A stretch of 52,021 bases of DNA from Candidatus Omnitrophota bacterium (GTDB lineage: Bacteria > Omnitrophota > Gorgyraeia > Duberdicusellales > 4484-171): NCBI GenBank assembly GCA_028711575.1, contig JAQTSA010000001.1, positions 1 through 52,021 of the forward strand, in the 5' to 3' direction. Positions 10,062 through 14,948 of the stretch are shown piece after piece (the stretch's first letter is position 1; each line of letters begins with the position of its first letter). Under the pieces are notes generated by a model that worked only from the letters and a program-made list of their open reading frames with translations, made no database searches and had not been told where the DNA came from. The translations under genes and the position numbers were made by a program.

Positions 10062-10089
10062 TTGAAAATAGTTTAAATCTTGGTACAAT
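10062..10089 (+). promoter_or_regulatory. Sigma70-type promoter for tRNA-Arg(UCG)
   Basis: TTGAAA (10062-10067), a 16-nt spacer, then TACAAT (10084-10089) preceded by an extended -10 TGG. It lies about 20 nt upstream of the tRNA 5' end. Confidence 0.5.
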
Positions 10090-10108
10090 TCTAATATTCT
10101 AGCGCGTT

Positions 10109-10182
10109 GCGCCCGTGGCCCAATTGGATAGGGCATCTGGCTTCGGACCAGAGGGTTGCAGGTTCGAGTCCTGCCGGGCGCG
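10109..10182 (+). tRNA. tRNA-Arg (anticodon UCG)
   Basis: Hand-folded cloverleaf of 74 nt. Acceptor GCGCCCG/CGGGCGC, D stem GCCC/GGGC, anticodon stem TCTGG/CCAGA with loop CTTCGGA, T arm GCAGG-TTCGAGT-CCTGC, discriminator G. No encoded CCA. Confidence 0.9.
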
Positions 10183-10197
10183 CGTTTTTTGAACCGC
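10154..10197 (+). repeat. Left copy of a 44-nt exact direct repeat (tRNA variable loop to 3' end plus 15-nt trailer)
   Basis: GGTTGCAGGTTCGAGTCCTGCCGGGCGCGCGTTTTTTGAACCGC recurs exactly at 10442-10485. Confidence 0.9.
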
Positions 10198-10231
10198 GAT
10201 TCAGTCATCAGTGTTTTAGCGATTAATTTAA

Positions 10232-10279
10232 ACACCGATGATCACAAAGTCCTCGCTTTCAGCGTGGCAGCAGATGATC
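10232..10279 (+). repeat. Module H copy 1 (hairpin bracketed by GATGATC direct repeats)
   Basis: ACACCGATGATCACAAAGTCCTCGCTTTCAGCGTGGCAGCAGATGATC. Its homolog is at 11750-11794, where the hairpin has a different sequence but the pairing is kept. Confidence 0.8.
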
Positions 10280-10440
10280 ACCAATCCGAATCTTACTTCG
10301 TTGTAAATCTTCGGGGATAACAGCGTAGTGGGTTTTTCTTCTTGAGCGAATCTTCAAACGAAGCGTCATAAGGGGCAGAGCCCCTTTTGAGGACCGAGTG
10401 CGCCATCGTAGATGGGCGAGTGCGTAAGGACTCTCGGTCC
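10280..10440 (+). repeat. Conserved ~160-nt structured element X, copy A (candidate ncRNA or miniature mobile element)
   Basis: Runs from ACCAATCCGAATCTTACTTCG to GGACCGAG...CTCGGTCC. About 94% identical to copies B and C by hand alignment, contains several hairpins and has no ORF. Confidence 0.85.
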
Positions 10441-10441
10441 T

Positions 10442-10485
10442 GGTTGCAGGTTCGAGTCCTGCCGGGCGCGCGTTTTTTGAACCGC
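10442..10485 (+). repeat. Right copy of the 44-nt direct repeat (orphan tRNA-Arg(UCG) 3' half)
   Basis: Exact duplicate of 10154-10197, directly abutting the 3' end of X copy A. No matching 5' half is present, so this is not a functional tRNA. Confidence 0.9.
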
Positions 10486-10594
10486 TGTTAAGATATTGGC
10501 GATTCAGCGATTAAGGCTTTAAAGTTTCGAAAAAAATGTTGTTAAAATCCCGCTTGCTTTGCTAATCAAATCTAACCACTTTCCAAAAAGAATC

Positions 10595-10623
10595 TTTACA
10601 GACCGGTTTAGATAATTTAAAAT
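10595..10623 (+). promoter_or_regulatory. Possible sigma70 promoter for the 10664 gene
   Basis: TTTACA (10595-10600), a 17-nt spacer, then TAAAAT (10618-10623). Confidence 0.4.
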
Positions 10624-10663
10624 AGGTACAACATTGTTTATTCCAAAAAGTTTAAGGAGGAAA

Positions 10664-11587
10664 ATGAAAAAACTTATTTTTTTCTTGCTTGTGCTTTTAA
10701 CCTTGTCTCATCCGCTTTATTCTAAGTCGATTGTTACTTTTAAAAATGGCCGAATTGTTGAGGGAGAAATAGCTGAGCAGACCGATGAGTTTGTTAAGGT
10801 AATGTTTGAAGGCATTACAATAACTTGTTGGCTGGATGAAGTAGAAAGTATAGTTTCTGAAGATGGTACTCTTTTTAAGCCGCAAGTGATGTCGGCCCAA
10901 GTATCAGTGCAAGATGAGTTTATCCAAAGCCAGGAAACTCCGGAATCAGTATATTATAACCAAAATCAAGTTTCATATGAGGATAAGAATGAGTCAGAGT
11001 CAGATTCTTTAAATCGGTCCCAACAGACCTCTAGAGTTGAAATAGACCCAGAGTTATCAGAAGATGATCCGGCTTTAGATTCTACTTCCCGCAGCTTAAA
11101 GAAAACTGAGCTTCTTTTGTCGCCTGAAGAAACTAAAATCAAAAAGCTTGAAGAAAGAATTAAACTACTTTTTAATATCCTAAATTATATTGTTTGGGGC
11201 TATTGTCTTATGCGGATAGCAATTAATTTAAGGGTAGTAAACCCTTGGTGGTCATGGATACCCTTTTTAAATTTTGTGTTGACGTGTGATGTAGCTGAGA
11301 GGCCTCGAAAATGGGCTTACTCTGTATTCGCAGCAGTATTTGGTATGTTAGTTTTTCTTTTTATAAGTCAAATTTTTATTTTTATGGGTTTTTACTCTTT
11401 TATCTTGATAACTCTAATGGTCTTACCTCTTTTTATAGTCGCTATCTTTTCTCTTGTGATTTTTATACGCTTGTGGATATCTATTGTTGATCGGTTAGGA
11501 ATTTCACGGTGGTTGGTTATACTTTTGTTTGTTCCTTTATTTAATTATTTCTTTTTGTTCTATCTTGCTCGAATTAAGGTAGACTAG
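10664..11587 (+). CDS. Hypothetical secreted/membrane protein (signal peptide, acidic Ser/Glu-rich middle, C-terminal multi-TM region)
   Basis: ATG 10664 is preceded by AAGGAGG (the track's TTG 10634 start is less likely). The N-terminus MKKLIFFLLVLLTLSHPLYS looks like a signal peptide. The C-terminal third has about 4 hydrophobic helices and a WWSWIPFLNF motif. Confidence 0.7.
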   Translation: MKKLIFFLLVLLTLSHPLYSKSIVTFKNGRIVEGEIAEQTDEFVKVMFEGITITCWLDEVESIVSEDGTLFKPQVMSAQVSVQDEFIQSQETPESVYYNQNQVSYEDKNESESDSLNRSQQTSRVEIDPELSEDDPALDSTSRSLKKTELLLSPEETKIKKLEERIKLLFNILNYIVWGYCLMRIAINLRVVNPWWSWIPFLNFVLTCDVAERPRKWAYSVFAAVFGMLVFLFISQIFIFMGFYSFILITLMVLPLFIVAIFSLVIFIRLWISIVDRLGISRWLVILLFVPLFNYFFLFYLARIKVD

Positions 11588-11605
11588 TTGAGCCTTATAT
11601 TTTTC

Positions 11606-11634
11606 TTGTCGAGCGATGATAAAAATGATACAAT
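11606..11634 (+). promoter_or_regulatory. Sigma70-type promoter for tRNA-Arg(ACG)
   Basis: TTGTCG (11606-11611), a 17-nt spacer, then TACAAT (11629-11634) with an extended -10 TGA. This is the same TGnTACAAT design as at the first tRNA. Confidence 0.5.
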
Positions 11635-11649
11635 TCATGCCTTATTTAT

Positions 11650-11723
11650 GCGCCCGTGGCTCAATTGGATAGAGCATCTGCCTACGGAGCAGAAGGTTAC
11701 AGGTTCAAATCCTGTCGGGCGCG
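11650..11723 (+). tRNA. tRNA-Arg (anticodon ACG)
   Basis: Cloverleaf of 74 nt. Acceptor GCGCCCG/CGGGCGC, D stem GCTC/GAGC, anticodon stem TCTGC/GCAGA with loop CTACGGA, T arm ACAGG-TTCAAAT-CCTGT, discriminator G. Confidence 0.9.
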
Positions 11724-11729
11724 TACTTC
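11695..11729 (+). repeat. Left copy of a 35-nt exact direct repeat (tRNA-Arg(ACG) 3' half plus 6-nt trailer)
   Basis: GGTTACAGGTTCAAATCCTGTCGGGCGCGTACTTC recurs exactly at 12097-12131. Weaker similarity continues downstream (AGTAATTAAGTTA). Confidence 0.9.
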
Positions 11730-11749
11730 CTTCGTAGTAATTAAGTTAG

Positions 11750-11794
11750 ACACAGATGATCACAGAGTCCCGCTAACGCGGGAAGCAGATGATC
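11750..11794 (+). repeat. Module H copy 2
   Basis: ACACAGATGATCACAGAGTCCCGCTAACGCGGGAAGCAGATGATC. The hairpin is TCCCGC-TAAC-GCGGGA. Confidence 0.8.
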
Positions 11795-11852
11795 TCAGAT
11801 ATGTGTTATTTAGGAAATAGCCCTTTTGGGAAGAGTCAAACGATTGTCAAAC
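11791..11852 (+). repeat. Module S copy 1 (62 nt)
   Basis: GATCTCAGATATGTGTTATTTAGGAAATAGCCCTTTTGGGAAGAGTCAAACGATTGTCAAAC. About 95% identical to 12358-12419. Confidence 0.85.
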
Positions 11853-11900
11853 AGTAGTCAAACGCACCTTCGGTCCTTTGTACCTTCGGTGCTGTCAAAC
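11835..11900 (+). repeat. GTCAAAC heptamer cluster 1 (4 copies)
   Basis: Exact GTCAAAC at 11835, 11846, 11857 and 11894. The first three have 11-nt periodicity. Confidence 0.9.
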
Positions 11901-11935
11901 GTTGTTTTACGAAGTGACTAAAAGATTGAGCGATT

Positions 11936-12095
11936 ACCAATCCGAATCTTACTTCATTGCAAATCTTCGGGGATAACAGCGTAGTGGGTTTTTCTTCTTG
12001 AGTGAATCTTCAAACGAAGCGTCATAAGGGGCAGAGCCCCTTTTGAGGGCCGAGTGCGCCATCGAAGATGGGCTAGTGCGAAGCACTCTCGGCCC
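11936..12095 (+). repeat. Structured element X, copy B
   Basis: Same element as 10280-10440. Its outer stem is GGGCCGAG...CTCGGCCC, a compensatory change relative to copy A. Confidence 0.85.
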
Positions 12096-12096
12096 T

Positions 12097-12131
12097 GGTT
12101 ACAGGTTCAAATCCTGTCGGGCGCGTACTTC
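12097..12131 (+). repeat. Right copy of the 35-nt direct repeat (orphan tRNA-Arg(ACG) 3' half)
   Basis: Exact duplicate of 11695-11729, lying 1 nt after X copy B. Confidence 0.9.
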
Positions 12132-12196
12132 ATTAATAGTGATTAAGTAATTAAGTTATTAAGTGATTGAGTGAAAAGCCAAACGATTGAGCGATC

Positions 12197-12356
12197 ACCA
12201 ATCTGAATCTTACTTCGTTGTAAATCTTCGGGGATAACAGCGTAGTGGGTTTTTCTTCTTGAGTGAATCTTCAAACGAAGCGTCATAAGGGGCAGAGCCC
12301 CTTTTGAGGGCCGAGTGCGCCATCAAAGATGGGCCAGTGCGAAGCACTCTCGGCCC
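12197..12356 (+). repeat. Structured element X, copy C (not followed by a tRNA 3' half)
   Basis: About 96% identical to copy B (6 differences by hand alignment). It is followed directly by module S copy 2. Confidence 0.85.
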
Positions 12357-12357
12357 T

Positions 12358-12419
12358 GATCTCAGATATATGTTATTTAGGAAATAGCCTTTTAGGGAAG
12401 AGTCAAACGATTGTCAAAC
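12358..12419 (+). repeat. Module S copy 2 (62 nt)
   Basis: GATCTCAGATATATGTTATTTAGGAAATAGCCTTTTAGGGAAGAGTCAAACGATTGTCAAAC. Confidence 0.85.
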
Positions 12420-12466
12420 CGCCCGTCCGCCTGCGGCGAGACGAGGCTGTCAAACAATTGTCAAAC
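12402..12466 (+). repeat. GTCAAAC heptamer cluster 2 (4 copies)
   Basis: Exact GTCAAAC at 12402, 12413, 12449 and 12460. These form two pairs with 11-nt spacing, separated by a GC-rich hairpin. Confidence 0.9.
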
Positions 12467-12516
12467 ATTGTGGGGAAGGGATTTCAGGATACGAATTATT
12501 AAGATTTATTCTAAAG

Positions 12517-12800
12517 CAACTGTTTGACGCTCGCTCAGGCGAGCAGTTTGACAGGCGTATCTCGCCTGTTTGACGTGAACGTAGTGAACGTTTGACGGTC
12601 TTTTAATCGGGTGTAGGGTGAAGATAGATTTAGTAAAACGATAGTCAAACGTTCTAAGAGGAAGGGCTGAATATTTGGAAACAACTGTTTGACGCTCGCT
12701 TAGGCGAGCAGTTTGACACGCCGAGGCGTGTTTGACGGTCCCGCAAGGCGGGACCAGGTTGACGAAAGCGTAGTAAACGTTTGACGTTCGCTCAGCGAGC
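12517..12800 (-). repeat. Inverted-orientation GTTTGAC array with GC-rich palindromic spacers (two related sub-arrays)
   Basis: GTTTGAC at 12522, 12546, 12568, 12590, 12687, 12711, 12730 and 12779, plus the variant GGTTGAC at 12757 and one GTCAAAC at 12644. Most spacers of 12-19 nt are hairpins, e.g. GCTCGC-TCAG-GCGAGC, AGGCG-TATCT-CGCCT and GGTCCCGC-AAG-GCGGGACC. The starts of the sub-arrays at 12517 and 12682 are near-identical for about 36 nt. Confidence 0.9.
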
Positions 12801-12955
12801 TTTCGACTATCCTGCTGCTCTTGTATTTTTGTCCTTCTGCTGCCAATTCTCAGTAAATATATATTCTTTTTTGTTTCTGTAACTTTTTCTATATAAAACC
12901 GGAAATTGCGGTAAAATAAAATAGCAGTTTTTAGTCGATTGAACAAGGAGGGAAT

Positions 12956-13426
12956 ATGAAAGTAGTAGTTATTTATTATTCAAGGGGCGGCACGACAAAA
13001 TCTATGGCTGAGTTGATACATAAAACTATTAATTCGAAAGGTGTTAAAGCCGATATATTCGCCGTTGACCAATTTTCTTATAAAAATTTGCTTGATTATG
13101 ACGGAATTATTATTGGGTCACCGACATATTATGGTACATGTTCCTCTGAGATAAAAAAGTTGATCGATGATAGCGTGTCTTTACATAAAAAACTTGACGG
13201 TAAAGTCGGAGGCGTTTTTTCTTCTTCGGCCAACGTTGCCGGAGGAAACGAAACGACAGCCCTTTCGATATTGGAAGCTCTTCTGATCCACGGGATGATC
13301 GTTCAGGGTGACCCCCAAGGTGACCATTATGGCCCGGTTGCTGTTTCCGGTGTTGATGAGAGGTGCAACAACAATTGTGTTCGGTTTGCCGCGCGGTTTG
13401 TTGACCTTTTAAAAAAAATAGTATAA
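12956..13426 (+). CDS. Flavodoxin-like fold protein (WrbA/flavodoxin family)
   Basis: KVVVIYYSRGGTTKSMAE (FMN phosphate loop) and GSPTYYGT. SD AAGGAGGG lies upstream. Confidence 0.8.
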   Translation: MKVVVIYYSRGGTTKSMAELIHKTINSKGVKADIFAVDQFSYKNLLDYDGIIIGSPTYYGTCSSEIKKLIDDSVSLHKKLDGKVGGVFSSSANVAGGNETTALSILEALLIHGMIVQGDPQGDHYGPVAVSGVDERCNNNCVRFAARFVDLLKKIV

Positions 13427-13465
13427 TAATTGGTTGGAAATAGCTGATAGCGGAGTGAGGCATTT

Positions 13466-13789
13466 ATGGCAATAACGGTGTTTGTGACGATACCCAAAAA
13501 AGAAGCTGAGAACATGGCTAAAATGCTGGTTGAAGAACGAGTCTGCGCTTGTGTTAACATTGTAGACGGTGTTAAATCATTCTTTTGGTGGGAAGGGCAA
13601 GTTGATACTGCCGAAGAATCTCTTTTAATCATAAAAACAAAAGAGTCTCTGTTTTCCAGGTTAAAAGAAATGGTTTCGGCTAATCATTCTTACAGTGTTC
13701 CGGAAATAATATCTTTTAAGATCGATAACCTTAATCAGCCTTACTTGGAATGGTTAAATAAAGAAGCTAATGCTGCACCAAATACTTAG
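13466..13789 (+). CDS. cutA: Divalent-cation tolerance protein CutA
   Basis: CACVNI, FFWWEG and HSYSVPEI motifs. Size is 107 aa. Confidence 0.9.
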   Translation: MAITVFVTIPKKEAENMAKMLVEERVCACVNIVDGVKSFFWWEGQVDTAEESLLIIKTKESLFSRLKEMVSANHSYSVPEIISFKIDNLNQPYLEWLNKEANAAPNT

Positions 13790-14480
13790 TAAATTGGAAC
13801 ATATTTTTTCGATTAACCCTGTCCTTGGGTTGGTGGTGAGTTTTTTAGCTGGGGTTGTCGCTAGTTTTTCCCCTTGTATTTATCCCCTGATACCTATAAC
13901 GCTTGGTGTTATTGGAAGTGTTAAAAGTTCAACTCACAGCAAAGGTAAAGGGTTTATTCTAAGTTGCGTTTTTGTTCTTGGCATCAGCGTTGCTTATTCG
14001 GTGTTAGGCATCGTTTCGGCTTCTTTAGGCGTTTTTTTTCATACTTTTTTTATCCATCCGATAACATACCTTTTGTTAAGCCTGGTGTTTCTAGTTTTAG
14101 GACTTTTGGCGATGGGTGTCGCTCTATTCCGGTTACCCTGGTTTTCGGTTAATTATCTGCCTAAAAAACGGGGGCTTATCTCGGTTTTTGTTCTTGGCGT
14201 TATAAGCGGTTTGGCAGTTGTTCCCTGCAATTTCCCGGTGTTAGGTTCGATTTTAAGTATCATATCACTTAAGGCTAATCTCGTTTACGGAGCAGTTGCT
14301 TTATTTTGTTTCTCATTGGGGTATGGGTTGATACTTTTAATCCTGGGAAGTTTTACCTCACTCATTGATAAACTGCCGAAACAAGGCCCTTGGCTTTTAA
14401 GGATTCGGATGGTTTTTGGTGTCGCTTTGATTTTTATGAGCGGATATTTTGGTCTGAAATTTATAGCAATTGTACGTTAA
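13770..14480 (+). CDS. ccdA: Cytochrome c biogenesis / thiol-disulfide transporter CcdA (DsbD core family)
   Basis: SFSPCIYPLIP motif in the first TM helix and a second Cys in VVPCNFPVL. There are 6 hydrophobic helices. Confidence 0.85.
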   Translation: MLHQILSKLEHIFSINPVLGLVVSFLAGVVASFSPCIYPLIPITLGVIGSVKSSTHSKGKGFILSCVFVLGISVAYSVLGIVSASLGVFFHTFFIHPITYLLLSLVFLVLGLLAMGVALFRLPWFSVNYLPKKRGLISVFVLGVISGLAVVPCNFPVLGSILSIISLKANLVYGAVALFCFSLGYGLILLILGSFTSLIDKLPKQGPWLLRIRMVFGVALIFMSGYFGLKFIAIVR

Positions 14481-14495
14481 AAAAGGTAGGTAACT

Positions 14496-14948
14496 GTGAA
14501 AAAAATTTTACTTTTTATTTTGTTTTTAAACTTTATTTCTTTTTCTTATTCCGATAGCTATAACCTCTCGGATTTGGGCGGCAACCAGGTCGCTTATGAC
14601 AAGATCACAAAAGAAGAGAACACTATTCTTCTGATGTGGACGACATGGTGCCCTTATTGTCGAAAAGAAATTGTTGATCTTAACAAAAATTACATGAATT
14701 ATAAGAATGTTTCGTTCGTGGTCGTTAATTTGGGAGAGAAAAAATCCAAAATAGACAAGTTTGTTAAATCGGTAAAGTTAAACCCAGAGTTGTTAAAAAA
14801 GTTTGTGACTGACCCGGAATCTAATCTGGCCCGAAAATTTAATATTATAGGTATTCCGGCATACGTTTTTCTGAAAAACGGCGAGGTTATCGCGAAATAT
14901 AATTTTATAAATAAGCAAATAATATCTGAAATTTACGAAAATGAGTAA
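14496..14948 (+). CDS. Thioredoxin-fold thiol:disulfide oxidoreductase (TlpA/ResA-like), secreted
   Basis: Signal-like N-terminus MKKILLFILFLNFISF, active site WCPYC, and a cis-Pro context GIPAYVF. Starts with GTG. Confidence 0.85.
   Translation: MKKILLFILFLNFISFSYSDSYNLSDLGGNQVAYDKITKEENTILLMWTTWCPYCRKEIVDLNKNYMNYKNVSFVVVNLGEKKSKIDKFVKSVKLNPELLKKFVTDPESNLARKFNIIGIPAYVFLKNGEVIAKYNFINKQIISEIYENE

Noticed and set aside
10300-10335. The GGGGATAACAGCG segment of element X resembles the conserved 23S rRNA GGGATAACAGGC region.
   Set aside because: Only about 11 nt match, there is no surrounding rRNA context, and no rRNA operon is present. I consider it coincidental.
10109-12360. Prophage or genomic island integrated at tRNA-Arg.
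   Set aside because: The direct repeats look att-like, but they enclose only 244 and 367 nt without any ORF. No integrase, excisionase or phage gene is present in the window. I kept it only as a miniature-element or remnant hypothesis.
12517-12800. Possible CRISPR array (regularly spaced repeats with variable spacers).
   Set aside because: The conserved unit is only 7 nt and the periodicity is 19-24 bp. The 'spacers' are themselves GC-rich palindromes. The motif also occurs in the opposite orientation nearby, and no cas genes or leader are present.
11835-12800. Integron attC sites (inverse core RYYYAAC / core GTTRRRY).
   Set aside because: GTCAAAC and GTTTGAC each violate the consensus at position 4. 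No intI gene or cassette ORFs are present.
12506-12946. 146-aa minus-strand ORF from the track, with an internal duplicated peptide ACQTARLSERQTV.
   Set aside because: It runs straight through the GTTTGAC/hairpin array. Its duplicated peptide is simply the translation of the duplicated DNA sub-arrays. It has no SD, no recognisable fold motifs, and it is the only minus-strand candidate in 52 kb. I treat it as a repeat-generated artefact.
13964-14152. 62-aa plus-strand ORF inside ccdA. Similar internal alternative-frame ORFs are at 21045, 21639, 39819 and 40578.
   Set aside because: These are out-of-frame ORFs nested in well-supported genes, with no independent evidence.
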